64,000 nucleotides of DNA, taken from Camelus ferus. Its lineage: Eukaryota. The stretch spans positions 54,190,001-54,254,000 of the forward strand of contig NC_045697.1 of assembly GCF_009834535.1 (NCBI RefSeq), read 5' to 3'. This document shows, piece after piece, positions 11,901-25,520 of this stretch. Every line of letters starts with the position of its first letter. Position 1 is the first letter of the stretch. The position numbers were made by a program, and so were the translations under genes. The notes under the pieces are model-generated. The model ran no database searches, was not told the origin of the DNA, and saw nothing but the letters and a program-made list of their open reading frames with translations.

Positions 11901-12272
11901 TGGGATTTGCTCAAGTGTGATGTTTTTGTTTTTGTTTTTTTTACTTTTTTTATTGAGTAATAGTTATTTTTAAATGTTGTGTCAAATTCTAGTGTAGAGC
12001 ACAATTTTTCAGTCATACATGAACATATATATATTCATTGTCACATTTTTTTCTCCATGAGCTACCACAAGATCTTGTATATTTTTCCCTGTGCTATACA
12101 GTATAATCTTGTTTATCTATTCTGCATTTTAAAATCCTAGTCTGTCCCTTCCCTCCCCCTGCCCCCTTGGCAGCCACAAGTTTGTATTCTATGTGTGAGT
12201 CTGTTTTTGTTTTGTATTTCTGTTTTTTGGGTTTTTTTAGATTCCTCATATAAGCAATCTCATACGGTATTT

Positions 12273-12605
12273 TTATTTCTCTTTCTGGCTTACTTCACTT
12301 AGAGTGACATTCTCTAGGAACATCCATGTTGCTGTAAATGGCGTTATGTTGTCAGTTTTTGTGGCTGAATAGTATTCCATCGTATAGATATACCACCTCT
12401 TCTTTATGCAGTTGTCTGTTGACGGACATCTAGGCTGCTTCCATGTATTGGCTGTTGTAAATAGTGCTGCTATGAACATTGGGGTGCAGGTGTCATTTTG
12501 AAGTAGGGTTCCTTCTGGATATATGCCCAGGAGTGGGATTCCTGGGTCATATGGTAAGTCTATTCCTAGTCTTTTGAGGAATCTCCATACTGTTTTCCAC
12601 AGTGG
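12273..12605 (-). pseudogene. L1 ORF2 extreme C-terminus of copy 2
   Basis: MFIAALFTTANTWKQPRCPS..WYIYTMEYYSA..LSEVSQKEK. Confidence 0.9.
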
Positions 12606-12746
12606 CTTTCCTTGCTTCCCTATCCCACTCTTAATGACTTAGATGCCTTCTTTTACAATTTTGTGTTTATTTTATTTGTAAATCATGAGTTACCACTTTT
12701 CCAGTTATGAGTTTCTCATTTCTGTAGCATCCTGCTGCTTTTCTAT

Positions 12747-13643
12747 TTAGAATAGCCCTTTCAATATTTCTTTTAGCATGGGTTTAGTGTTGCTAAACTC
12801 TTTTAGTTTTTGTTTGTCTGTGAAATTCTTTATCTCTCCTTCTATCCTAAAGGATAGCCTTGCTGGATAAAGTATCCTAGGCTGCATCTTTTTTTCATTC
12901 AGGACTTTGAATATATCTTGCCACTCCCTTCTGGCCTGTAGTGTTTGTGTAGAGAAATCAGCTGAGAGCCTTATGGGGGTTCCCTTGTAACTCACTCTTT
13001 GCTTTTCTCTTGCTGCCTTTAGGATCATTTCTTTATCCTTGACTCTGGCCATCTTGATTATGGTATGTCTTGGTGTGGGTCTGTTTTGGTTCTTCCTGTC
13101 TGGGACCCTCTGAGCCTCCTGTACTTGGATATCTGATTCCTTTAGGTTTGGGAAGTTTTCAGTCATGATTTCTCCCAATACCTTTTCAATCCCCTTTGAT
13201 CTTTCTTCCCCTTCTGGAACCCCTATTATACATAGATTGGTATGCTTTATATTATCCCATAAGTCCCTTATATTGTTTTCATTGTTTTTTATTTATCTTG
13301 CAGTTGTTCTGATTGGGTGCTTTATATTGTCTTGTCTTCTAGGTAACTAATTCGTTCTTCTGCATCATCTAGCCTGCTTTGTACAGCCTTTAGGTCAGAT
13401 CTCATCTTCAGCAAATGAGTTTACTAATTCTACTTGGTTCTTCTTTATAGCTTCTATTTCATTTTTGACATATTTTATATCTCTAAACACTATTTCTTTT
13501 AGTTCCTGCACTACTTTGATCACTCCTTTTTTGAAATCTTGATCTAGTAGGCCATCAGTGTCTATTTCCTTGATTGTGCTTTCAGGGGATTTCTCTTGAT
13601 CTTTTAATTGGGAGTGGTTCCTCTGCTTCTTCATATTGCTCAT
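12747..13643 (-). pseudogene. Disrupted L1 ORF1 of copy 2
   Basis: Two ORF pieces (13395-13643 and 12747-13178) highly similar to ORF1p at 965-1864, broken by frameshift/stop. Confidence 0.9.
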
Positions 13644-16089
13644 ATTTCTCTGGCACTGTGGCTTAAGGAGTATCAGTTATCTAATTCTTCTGGAGACAGT
13701 GTGCTCTTAATGATTTTATTGAGAGGTCTTTGTGTCTTTGCCCTGTTTTGTGAACTCAGCTTGCTGTTTCCAGAGGCCCTCTGTTGGTGCCCTCGTCTCT
13801 GCTGCTCCCAGTGGCTGTCAGCTAGCAGACTGCGCCCCGTCCTAACACTAGGTCAGGAGCTGAGCTCTTACCCGATGGGTGGGCGGGTCACTCCCCCTCC
13901 TGATGCCACAGTCAGATGCTGTGCACAGGGGGAGGCAGGTGGGAGGATTGCACCCCCTCCCAGCACCATGGTCAGGTGCTGCATTCCTACCAAGAAGGCA
14001 TGTGGCCGCCTGCCCTCTCCCAGCGCTGGGTGCTCCGCTGCCCTACGCAGCTGCCTGCTCCACCTCGGGTCAGCACTCCGAAGGCGGGCTCAGGGAAGAT
14101 CACGGAACAACCCCGCCCCTGCTCCATGCCAAATCTCAGCTCCTTGTTTGTCTTGGCAGTGCAAGTTCTCTGAGGTGCCAAGGCAGAAAGATCCTATCTG
14201 CCTCAGGCTGTGAACAAGTCTCAGTCCTGCCTAGGTTGCAGAGCCCCCGGGTGCAGATTAAGGTCTCGGCCCCACCCCCACCCAGGCCCTGCGCACAGGA
14301 GGAGATGGCGACTGTGGCTGCACCCTGCCTCTCTTCTTGCGAGAAGCGTCAGTAATGGCGCAGGTCTGAGGAGACAAAGTCTACGACGTCCCTCCCCCCA
14401 AGGGCACACCAGCCATGTTGCTTTGCTTTTTTGCAATTTATGGGGGACTGAGGTTGTTCTGCTCTGTATCCCCTCCCAGCCGCAGTGCGCAGCACCCTGC
14501 AGTCCCCCAGGGCTGCCTCAGTGCAGCCACCCCAGTCCTCCGTCTGGCTCGGGTGGCCTGTCCGGCCCCAGCTGCCAGCTTGCGTCTCGGGCTGGGTGTC
14601 GTTTAACTCAGTTCTGTCGCTCAAGGGGTGCTCAGGGCAGATCTGAATCTCAGAGGTTCCCTCTCTGTCCTGCTGCCCTCTCATTTTAAGAGGAGACACC
14701 CAGCAAATGAGCACAAGTCCTCCTTTATCACTCCCTCCCCGCAGGACTGGTCCCGCACTGTATTGCTTTTTCTTCTTTTTTCCTTTTCTCCTACCAGATT
14801 TTTGGCGTCTTTGTCTTTCAAAAGGGCAATGTTCTGTCAGAGTTCGGCAGGTGCTCTGGTTGGCTGAGTAATTCTGTAAATGTGAGTTTTGGTGTATTTG
14901 TGGGAGAGGGTGAGCTACGAGCGTCCTTATACTCCACCATCTTGCTTCTCCTCTGCTACTGTCATTTGTAATAATTACTGCAATTAAATATTGTTTTGGC
15001 AATAACTACCTGAATTTATCAATTCTTTCAAGTTTATACAAGTGAAATCTTCTATAATTCTTGCAATTCAAGCTAAAATACCAACTCTCCGGTAAAATGT
15101 CCATGTCTTCTCTGGAAATTCTCTCCTTTATTAAAAACTAGTAAGTTAAAATCCAGATTACTGAAATGCTTGCAATACAAGATAAAGTTTAGAGCACATA
15201 TCATGGAAAAAAAAAAAACTGGGTTTGGGGCCAAGTCTGATAACGGTAACAACAAGTGAGCGCTTGCTATCTCTTTTATTCTTAGAATATCTCTGTAGGG
15301 ATCATCTGTATTTTACAGATTAATAAACTCAGCCTCTAATAGATGAGATGCAAAGTCATTCTGCCTGAAAACAACCAGGCCCTTTCCACCATACATGCCA
15401 CCTCTCTTCAGACTGCTGCGCCCAAAGCAACCTCTTAAAGAAAAAAGTAACGTGAGAGAAATACTCTTATTTTCTGTTGAAGACTATGTGAGATAAACAG
15501 GATTGCTAGAAGAAGTGAAATATCATGTAAATGCATAAAATATTATATAACTTTGTCTTCAAATATCTTTTTAAAAGCCTGACCCATAATAGTGAACAAT
15601 GCATGCATTAAGATGCAATCCAATAAACAGGTAACTTATCAGCTTCTTTCTTGCCCATGAGATAACAGTAACCTAGAGAAAACTTTATTATTGTATGATA
15701 GATCACATAAAAACCAGATTATACAGGTGAGTGGGATACTGAGAAAACCATCTGGGAAATTAAGAGAAAGTGGGAAACTCTTCTCTTAATTATCTAGGTA
15801 ATTGTCTTAATTCTTGATTTCCTTTTCTCAGACTGATTCTGACAAATTGTAGAAGGATATGCCTAGAACCCCATCTTTTTGCTCTATATCCTATACTCCC
15901 TTCACTTAAATTTTATTGTCTCTGCAGAAAACACAACAATGCAGTTCAATGAATTAACCAGAATTTATTGCCCACTTTGGGCCAAACACTGTGTCAAACA
16001 TTCCTGTTGTTACAGGAAGAAAGGCAGAGAAGACAGGCATAGAATTGACATAGAAAAGGCACAACTGGGGTGGGAGATGGGTTAGTGGG

Positions 16090-16750
16090 AGCTTATGGAT
16101 GCTCTCTTCTGATTATTTCTTTCTCAGTAAAATGAGATGAAGGCCATCAGCTGAGGGTGAGGATGAAGGAAGAGTTATTGGAGATTTGAGAAGAGAAAGT
16201 ATGAAACAATTGTTTCTCACACTAGAAGAAAGAGAGAGGAACTAAATTAGTAAGATCGCCAGGAAGCACTGAGGGCTAACTAGATGTTAGTGATCCTGTG
16301 TTTAAAATGAGACTCATAAGCATGTTGAGCATTTTTTCCCAGCCACATTTATGTAAATGCAAAGTAGTTAGAAAGTTGTATTTAACCAGGGTTGGAATTT
16401 TGCTACATGATTATGACAAAGTAAGAGAGGACTGCAGGACTGAGGGTGTACACCAGGGAATGAGTCCAATGAGGGACCATAGGATTTATGGTACGTAAGA
16501 GGGCAATGCGAACACGAGGGTGTTGGGAGACAGTGAAAAGATAGTAGGCTCAGTCGATTTTAAGTCCCAGTGGGATTGAAGTCAGGGTACTAAGACAGTG
16601 AGCTCGAAGGATAAGTGGTGGAAGTTGAAGAGTTAGATGATTAAAATTTAGATCATGGAGAAATTGAAGCTCTTGGTAATGGCTAGATACAGAGCCTGAG
16701 TATGAGAGTGGGCAGCTGAGGCAGAGAGAAGGACAAGGTCATTGGCACAA
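16090..16750 (-). mobile_element. Degraded L2-like fragment
   Basis: Purine-rich segment; homologous blocks (CATCAGCTGAG.GTGA, TTTT...CCAG, CCA.GGTT) recur at ~46480-46800. Confidence 0.45.
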
Positions 16751-17105
16751 ATAGCCAGAACAGAAAATAGAATGTGAACAATACAACAAAATAGACAGCA
16801 ACAAAGCTGTATAGGAGACTTCAAGAGAGTTGCTAACTGGGGTGGGACTGTGAAAGGAATTAACCTTTAAAGGAAGGAAAAGGCATTAGAGCAGAGCACT
16901 GAAAGGTTTCCAGAAATGGAAAATCTAGCTGCTGGGGAAAAGGAGGTTAAAAATACAGAGGAAGAGAGGACATTTTAGGCAGAGGAGATGTTGTGAGCAA
17001 AACAGGGGTGGCTGGACGTAAGGAACAGAATAGCACATGTGAAGGGAAGAGAACTCAAAAGTTAGACACAGCAAATGGAGGACTTTTCTTTTAAAATGTA
17101 AATTA

Positions 17106-17294
17106 AAATAGATAAACAACAAGGACCTACTGTAGGGCACAGGGAACTACATTCAATTTCCTGTAATTAGCTGTAATGGAAAAGAATCTGAAAAATATAC
17201 ATGTGTGTATGTATATTTATAAGTGAATTGCTTTGCTATACACTTGAAACTAACACTGTTAATCAACTACACTTCAAAAAAATAAGAATATAAA
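17106..17294 (+). mobile_element. 5'-truncated L1 3' end with TSD
   Basis: AACAACAAGGACCTACTGTA..CACAGGGAACT..GAAACTAACAC; TSD AAAATGTAA(A/G)TTA at 17093-17105 / 17295-17307 with a TT|AAAA site. Confidence 0.8.
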
Positions 17295-17307
17295 AAAATG
17301 TAAGTTA

Positions 17308-17870
17308 TATCACATCCTTTCCACATTTAAAATTGTCCAGTGGGTTCATATAGCCCTTAGAATTGTAACACCTTGCCGTGGTCTTCAGACCCTATGATTT
17401 GGTCCTTGCTTGTCTCTGGCTAAATTTTCTCTACTTTTCCCTGGACCTGCTGTGATCCAGCACATTGGCTTCGTTTCTTTCATGAACTCAGCAAATTCAC
17501 TCCTGTCCCAGCTCTAGGAATCTCGTGACACCTGGTTGCTCTTTCCCCAATTCTTCTGGAAGATGTTTCCTCACTATTCATCTCTCAGCTCAAATAGCAT
17601 CTCTCAGGGGACAACTCCTTGTTACCCAATTAAGCAATCTCTTCCCCCGGCCTCCAGTCATACTCTGTTCATTAATGTGTTTTACTTTCATGAGTTGAAA
17701 CTTACTCTTCAGCTTGTTTATTTTCATTTCCCTTCCACTAGTCTGTGAGCTCCATGAAAGCAGGAAACTTGTCTGTCTTGTTCACCATGGTTTTTCCAAC
17801 AACAGAATCAGTTTTTAGCATATAATAGGATCTCTATAAATATTTATTGAATGAACAAGTGAATGAATAC
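17308..17870 (+). mobile_element. L2 3' end
   Basis: CTAGTCTGTGAGCTCCATGAAAGCAGG..TGTCTTGTTCACC..TAAATATTTATTGAATGAA tail. Confidence 0.7.
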
Positions 17871-19689
17871 CAATCTAAAGTGTTTACAGTCTATGTAATA
17901 ATAAATATCTGAAAGTGTTTGCACATTATCAGAACTGTATATTTGGAAGATAAATTCTGGCTGCAAAATTGTAGAATGTGTTTGAAGGGAAGTTATCATA
18001 GGAGATAAAGAGATCTATTAATGGCTACTATTATTGTCCAGATAAAATACATTGAATGCTTGAGGTAGAATGGTATTAGGGAAATGCAAAGAAGGTACAA
18101 ACAGGAGAGACAATTCTAAGGTAGACTGATTAGGTGAAAGAGCTATGGAGAAGGAGATACTCATGATTTCAAGGTTCAGAGAGTGGGTAATCTAAAAAAA
18201 TCTGAATAATCTTATTAATACATATATTTGGGTTTTTTTTTAAGTAAAAGGAGGTAAAAGGAGAGGGGAATAAGAAATAAATGACTAAACTGGAAAGAAA
18301 GTGATAGAACAAGACGGGCAGAGGAAACAAGTAGAAGGAAGAAAAGAGACAAAAACCACTATGGGACAGCAAAGAAAAGATCACTGAAGATGTGGAAAAT
18401 TATATTTTTTTGTATTATAACTTTTTTTGATTTGTAGATAATACATTAGCTTGTGTTTTAATGTTCAAAGAAGCCCTGCCTCCCTGTGGAACTCAAAATT
18501 TGTTGTTAAATAGCAGTGGGAAGAGACATGATTATAAATAAATGATGCTTAAATGAAAACATTAGCAAGAAGGAAAATATACTAACAAAACTGAAATAGT
18601 ATTAGCCAAAGTGGGTGGAAAGTACTGCTCTGGTCAGTTATTTTCGACAGCCCAGGTCAATGGTATATGCATTCTTTTGGATCCTCATCAGGTATTAATT
18701 ACCTCAGTACTCTAAAATCCCCTTCAAGGAACAACTTTTCCACAGAATTTCACCATGTAAATTTGCATTAATGAGCAGAGCTCTGAAGAGTAGCACTCTT
18801 TGACCTTTATTCCCTTTTGAACTATTATCAACTAAAACAAGTTATTTTAATTATATTCTAATTATGACATCCATCAACTTTTCATTTATGAAACATTATG
18901 TCATTCTTATTTGCCTAATGTGGGGTTATGGAAACAAGACACACAGCTTGTCAGAACACGAAACATAAAAAGGAAGCACAGATCTTCATTTAATCTTTTG
19001 CACAACTTTTAATATTTCTACCTACATCACAGATTTAATGAAAGTTTCATCGAATTTGGTGGTACAATTAAAAAATGATCATCATCATCATTGCTAAGCC
19101 ACTGTTATTATGAATAATGACATCACCGTTTCCTGATATGTGCATATCAACTTTCTTCTCAAGTTGTGCTGTCTTCTTTAAGCAAAGAATTAAAATCCCC
19201 AGCTAGATGATTCACCCATCTTGTCTTGACTTAAGTTTTGCCATACCCATTATTTTTGTCCAGTAATTCTTTCCCCATGGATGCTCTAAAATGTGCTCAC
19301 CACATAATGCCTACTTCTGAATCCTGTGATTACTCTTGAAGGTTCTGGTGTCCTCCCTTTCTCCAACCGTGGAATTTTTTTTTTTCAATCTGCTGGAACT
19401 CTCCATGGGGATAAGCAGGGCTTTGCTAGGCTCCCAAGCTTCTTCCCTATCTCTGTGTAGTTTGTGCCAGTGTTGCCACTCAGATTCTCAGGTTGTGGAC
19501 ACCGGTTCTCACCTCTTTCTTTCATGTGCAGTATGTCCACCATCCAGCACACACTTTCCACCAGCTCACTCCATCTATGTAAAAACTCCTTGCTATCCTT
19601 TATCAGCTGTTTTTGATAATATAGATAGTAAAATAACAAAAATTCCTAAGTCCTCACCATGTTTTATTTACTGTTCTAAGTGTCCTTCC

Positions 19690-19870
19690 ATGTGATTCAT
19701 TTAATCTTTTCAACAAATTCCACAAGGTTGGTATTGTTACCCCCATTTTACCAACAAGGAAGCTGAGGCACAAAGAAGTTGAATGATTGCCCAAAGTCCT
19801 GCAGTGGGGAGTTGGGATAAGAACTCAGTTGGGCTGGCTGCAGAACCCACACTCTTAACCACCATGCTGA
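19690..19870 (-). mobile_element. MIR SINE (more MIR relics near 24870, 37210, 47400-48170, 50120, 51740, 52560-52950, 55780, 58580, 62170)
   Basis: CCCCATTTTAC..AGGAAGCTGAGGCACA..TGCCCAAAGTC core. Confidence 0.7.
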
Positions 19871-22800
19871 GCAACTTCTTTTGGAGACCATGAGCCCTTC
19901 AAATCATATGGCCATTGCTGTGGCAGAAAGAAATTACCTTATTCCTCATCTTTGAATCATCGAGTGACAATATTTTAATTAAATAAAGCATTTAGAAAAA
20001 ACTCCAGGAAAAATAAAAGATGTTAGGGGAAAGAACTTGAAGATGTACCTTGGTCAAATATTGTAACATTGAAAGAAAATGGCTGACACTGAAAAGAGCA
20101 GAAAGAGTTCTTTCCAGTCTGCTGCACTTTGGTTCAATAATCCCCTAAGAGAGAGTCTGGATCATGAGCCACTTGGAATTTAAATGAAGGTAGGGGAGGG
20201 ATTAAAAGGATGACATTTTTCAAAAACACTTTGACTCTTTGTGAATGGTTTTCCTGACTGACTTGTTGAATAGGTAGTTTTTGTTGCTGCTCTTCTTCAC
20301 TTTGGCATGAACATTTCAAAGGTGAGGTCACTTATATTTTTCTTTTATTTGAATGCCATAGGCTTCTCTAAGGCTGGATATTCCTATCCTACAGTGAACC
20401 TGTTTATACTCATCTTGTTGGGATAGTTTGACCAAAATTAAATTCTCTCAATCAGAAGGATTAGGGGGAGGGAGAATTCAGGAAGGAAAGAGGGAAGAAT
20501 TGTCCTTTAGAGATTTTTAAGTACAAAATTTATAATTATATTTTGATTCCGTAAAAATGCTTTATTTCTCCTCCTGCTGTTTTTGAAGCAATTCATCTCT
20601 AGCAAAACTCTCTGCTAAAAACAGCTTTTGTGTTGCAAATACCTTATACCACATTACTCTAATTAATAGACAAATATTTACCAAGGACATATGAGGTATA
20701 AACTCCACCAGTACGGAACAATCATTGAAATTAGTCATTGAAATTAATCACTGGTTAAGTTAAACTTAGGTGAGCACTAAAATAAATCAGGGAGCAAAAG
20801 TTATTTTCATTTTTTAAAAAACATCTAGGAATAAATATTTTAGGGCATGTCTGCAGGGTTAAGGAAATGAACTCAAACAATTTCTCTTTTATGGCCTATC
20901 CATAAAATGGTAATTTAGTCACAGTGATGTTTCTGGAGTTAGAAGTGGAATAGCTGAACAGAAAACCATATCCTTTTGATGATGAAAATTTTGTTGCAAA
21001 ACTAGCTCCCTCTTTAAGAATGCTCTTCTGTACCTGATACAGAGTGGAGGACAGTGAGATGATGGGTCCAGCATATTCAAGCTTTAAAGAATTATTATTT
21101 TTCAGCCATTATTTCCTCCAAAAAGAAATCATTAATCCTCTGAAATTCTCTTAGAAATTTTCTTCAAATCTGGCGGCAATTTTTGTACACTGTGCTCCTC
21201 CTTTAAAAGACTCTAAGTTCCTTGAGAGGAAGGCTTATTGAAGACCCTCCTTTATGTTCCTCTGTGTTTCGTACATAGTAATGATCAATAAATATCTACC
21301 GAGTTAACTATTACTCTGCATTAAATTCACTTCTATTCTCATTCATAAACTCTACTTCCTCAAATAACGTCCTTGAGAAATCCTTGTCCTTGTCCTTGTG
21401 TTTGTATATGCTGTTCCCACTGCCTGACAATTCCTCCTCTTCAGCCTTCAAGGCCCAGTTCGAAGGACAGCTTCTCTAAGGCAAAACCATTTGTACCTAC
21501 TCATCCCCCCATAGCATACTGGGTATAATTCCATTATGACATCTATCATTTGTATTACAGTAGTTACTTAATATGTCTCTAGATTGTACGCCTTGAAGGT
21601 GGGAGACTACATCTTATTCATCTTTGAATCTTGAGCAGAAAGTGGCACACAGAAGAAACTCCTAAATTTCAACTGAATGAGTTCATGACTGCCCATGATC
21701 TTCTATTAATACAGGTGATAAATATGTTCACCAGCTCTTGTCTATGCCCCAGCAGGATCTCAGCTCTTCTAATGAAACTTCAGATGTTTGCTGATTGTGA
21801 TACTCTTGTCATGCCACCAACCAAAGAGTAGCAAGCCAGAGTAACTTTAGATCCTTCCAGAAACACAGCAGAACTCAGAATTGGTGCTACCTGAGATACT
21901 TAAGGTTGATAGTTCTGGAGTGGGGAAACTGCCTTTAGCTTCTTTTCTCAGATACAGATGCATCCCTACTCCTTTCAGATCATTGATACCCAAAGGCACA
22001 CCTCAGTTAATATCTTTAATTTTTTAAGAAGGATCTATTTTCCACTTTGGCAGTACTAGATACCAATCCCAGAAAAGGCAATTCCTTCTTCTTCTCTTCC
22101 ATGTCTAATTTTTAACTGAACAAGAGCCAGTACCTTTAACTTTCAGAAGCATAATCCCATTCAGCTCTCCCGTGGATCAGATCCTCCTAGACAATCCATG
22201 TCAGTCTCACCTCTGTCACTGTTTAGACTTGGTCTCTAGACTGTGGGCCCTGACATGAGGATGGAGACAGAGCTTTGCCACATCTCCTTGCTTTCAAAAA
22301 GTTTTCCTAAATACCATTTACAATATCACTTTCATGTTTTTTTGCTATGTTTGCATACTACTGATACTACTAGTCTTAATATTTTTCTTTAAGTTGATTC
22401 ATTATTTACTCAAATAAACATGGCTTTGCCCTGTGCAATATTACCTATAAAAGTCACAAGTTTAAAATCTTATAACCTTATGAAACGATACTTGTTATAT
22501 CGCATCAGTGGGTCTCATGTCGCAGAGTTCCTGAGTCCAGAGTCCTGAGCTATCACTACTTATTTGTTCATTATATGAATGAGCTCTTCTTGGTTTGTGT
22601 ATTATTTCTTCCATATAGTTCTCTATTTCCTATTCTTCAACCTGCTGTATTTTAGATGTTCTTCATACGCCTTACAGACTACATGTCCTATAAATCGGGA
22701 TGATGGATATAAGAAGTATGAAAAGAGCCCCAAAGCCCAAGTCCTAGTTCCAGCTCCTCCACTATTCAACTCTGAGGTTTTAGTAATCACTCTGAGCCAC

Positions 22801-23203
22801 TGCCTGTTCAAGCTAGAATGAGGAGTGTCCCAGATGCCCTCACTCTTTGAGGCTATGATCTGAAGCACATGAACCAAATATATGGCATTAGTTCATTTAC
22901 AAAGACAAAAACATTTCAGAAAATATTTCACAAAAATATATCTAGTATAATGGACCAGGAAACATAGGAAATAGTACCCAACTGTAGTGTAATTCTGACT
23001 TTTAAAATCAAAATATAAAGTAAAATCTTAATGAGATTTTTGACAGTATTTTGTTCTAATTTTTATAGAAAAATATACTTAAACGTCACTAAATGCAATA
23101 AGGGCTAACTAAAAATTTGGGGGAAAAAAACTTATACCAAAACTATGTGAAACAAATTCTAGTGTTTAAGTTTTGCTTTTAATACACAACTCTTTCTCAA
23201 AAG

Positions 23204-23325
23204 GCCATCAATACGGGACAGAAGAAGTTGTTCATTGAAACCATGGACGATTGCCCTTATTATCACAGTTGCTGTGCTGGTTCTAGCAATAATCATCGGG
23301 CTGCTTGTTTATTATTTGGCATTTG
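23204..23325 (+). CDS. TMPRSS11G: TMPRSS11G exon 2, cytoplasmic tail and signal-anchor TM helix
   Basis: aag|G..TTTG|gtaag, 122 nt; PSIRDRRSCSLKPWTIALIITVAVLVLAIIIGLLVYYLAF. Confidence 0.92.
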
Positions 23326-23972
23326 GTAAGACTCCATCTCACTGTATTATTTTGAAAATTTGAAGATCTAGTCAATTTATTTCAAAACCTTAATATGACA
23401 GAAAACCTTTATAATATTTTTAAATGCAATTTTCATTGCAATAATAATTTGCATATGTATACACACTTTGTATAATTCAATTTTCACATAAATTTGTCTA
23501 CATTTGGGAAATGATAATTCTTTATGCATAAAAATTACTTCTAGCATTTTAAAATTTGACTTGGGTCCCATAATATTATCTCTTGAACAATGCAATAGAT
23601 TCACATCATATGTTATTATATGGTTTAATAATACTGAATGTACCAAAAGTAAAAATACTGTTTTAGTAGCAATTCTAACTTTGAGGTCAACTTGTGGGAA
23701 TATAATACATTCTATTATTATTACTTAATTAACAACTTAAATTTATGAATTATCACTAACAGGTGATAATTGTGTCAGGCCGTAACTGACAACCATGTGA
23801 CTATGAGAATGTGTGATCTTCACAAAGGATTCGAAGGAGGTGTTGGCCACAGCTGTTAAGTATTTAATTCCCAGTAGTTTAGCAATTATAGGAGTTTTTT
23901 GTATGTCATCCCTTCTGATATTTATACAACTCATACTAAAGAGAAACCATCCACTTTTGTTCTCCCTTCCAG

Positions 23973-24091
23973 ATCAGAAGTTTCACTATTACCAAGCCTC
24001 CTTTCAGATTCCCAGTATTGAATATGATCCTGATATTTCAGTAGAACACTCAAAAATTAGGACAGACCTGAAACAAAAAATCAATAATGAG
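23973..24091 (+). CDS. TMPRSS11G: TMPRSS11G exon 3, SEA domain start
   Basis: ccag|AT..GAG|gtaag, 119 nt; DQKFHYYQASFQIPSIEYDPDISVEHSKIRTDLKQKINNE. Confidence 0.93.
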
Positions 24092-25075
24092 GTAAGCCTG
24101 AGCTTTGCTGGCATCATTCCTACACTGACAATACTATTGTGAAAAAGGAGTTTAAAATAAAATAAGAGGCAATGTGAGAACCCATCAAACTGCACCTATG
24201 TTAGGGTTGCCAGACAAATATAAATGCCTAGTTAAATTTTAATTTCCTGAAAATATTCTTCATGCAATATTTTAAACATGCTTATACTAAAAAATAATTC
24301 TTTTTTATCTGAAATTAAAACTTCACTATTTTTATTTGCTAATACTGACAATTCTAGTCAACATTTTCTCAGGAAAATTGGAAAAATACATTAACAAAGG
24401 ATAACTGCACCATAGACTGAACAAGGCCAACAGAAAAATAGCTCAAATATCAAAAAAAAAAATTAGAGTTATCTAGAAACATAACAATCATTCAGGCACA
24501 AACAACATTACCACATATCATATATTAAGCACCTACTGTGTGTATGACCTAATGTGTGTAAGACCTGATACATTTCCTATTAGGCAACTTATATTGAACA
24601 TTCATTCCTGAAAATATCCCACCAAAACACACAGACTAGCTTTTTAGTTGTATACACAGCTTCTACTGAGCCTAGCATGGACCAAGGATGAAGGATCATT
24701 TTTATCAGGTTCAGAAATATTTCTTTAGCCATTTTTCAACCCAATACCAGAAGCGGATGAAATGAGTTGAAGGATGCAACTGAGTGGGATTGGCATGACT
24801 TCAAAAATACATCTTCAGGAAATTTTGATTAGGGGGAAAAAATCAGAGCAGGATAAAAAATATTTTGTTTCAGGAAGCAATACACTGAATTAGAGACAGT
24901 CAAAGCTTTGAAGTCAGAACATCTAGGGTCATATCCCAATTTTACCCTTTGTCAGCTTATCAACTTTGGGAAAGCTATTTAACCCCTCAAAATTTTTACT
25001 ATAAAATAGGGATAATTTCATCCACTTTCCTGAGTTATTCTGAAGATTAGTTAATATTGTGAATAAAAAGCATTA

Positions 25076-25195
25076 GGGGGGAGGGTATAGTTCAGTGGTA
25101 GAGTGCCTGCTTATCATGAACAAGGTCCTGGGTTCAGTCCCCAATACCTCCATTAAAAACAAACAAACAAACCTAATTACCCCCAAAAAATAAAG
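25076..25195 (+). mobile_element. tRNA-derived SINE, camelid Vic-1-like
   Basis: A box TAGTTCAGTGG, B box GGTTCAGTCC, (AAAC)n, CCTAATTAC, A tail. Confidence 0.8.
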
Positions 25196-25520
25196 TTAAA
25201 GTAATACAAAGTATGAAAAATTATGTCTAAATAAACGTTAGCATCTGTTTCCTTTACTTTCTGAGAACTTTTCATACACCTCTCCTGGAGCACTTAACAC
25301 TTTGTTACATCATTTTATTTTCTCTGTCTATGTCCATCTGGATTGTGAAGGGATAAGTCTACTTATTCTTGTGCCTGTCACAGTGTGTGCCACATGGTGG
25401 GGCCATAAAATACTTACTAGGAGATGACTAGCAAATGAATGCCCACTTCATTAGTATTGGTCCTGTCCTCTAGAGTATAAGTGGAAACAGCATAAAGAAG
25501 GGAAGTAGATTAATTTGGAT

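Larger units (their letters stand above)
11830..14953 (-). mobile_element. L1 copy 2 with large internal ORF2 deletion (5'UTR, ORF1, ORF2 tail, 3'UTR, poly(A), possible 3' transduction)
   Basis: 5' end GAGGAGAAGCAAGATGGTGG; ORF1 remnants 12747-13643; junction at ~12606; ORF2 C-terminus 12273-12605; tail 11923-11951; candidate TSD 11818-11831 / 14954-14967. Confidence 0.9.

Noticed and set aside
25076..25150. Possible tRNA gene
   Set aside because: Degenerate stems, a SINE-specific tail and a second dispersed copy with a TSD show it is a SINE.
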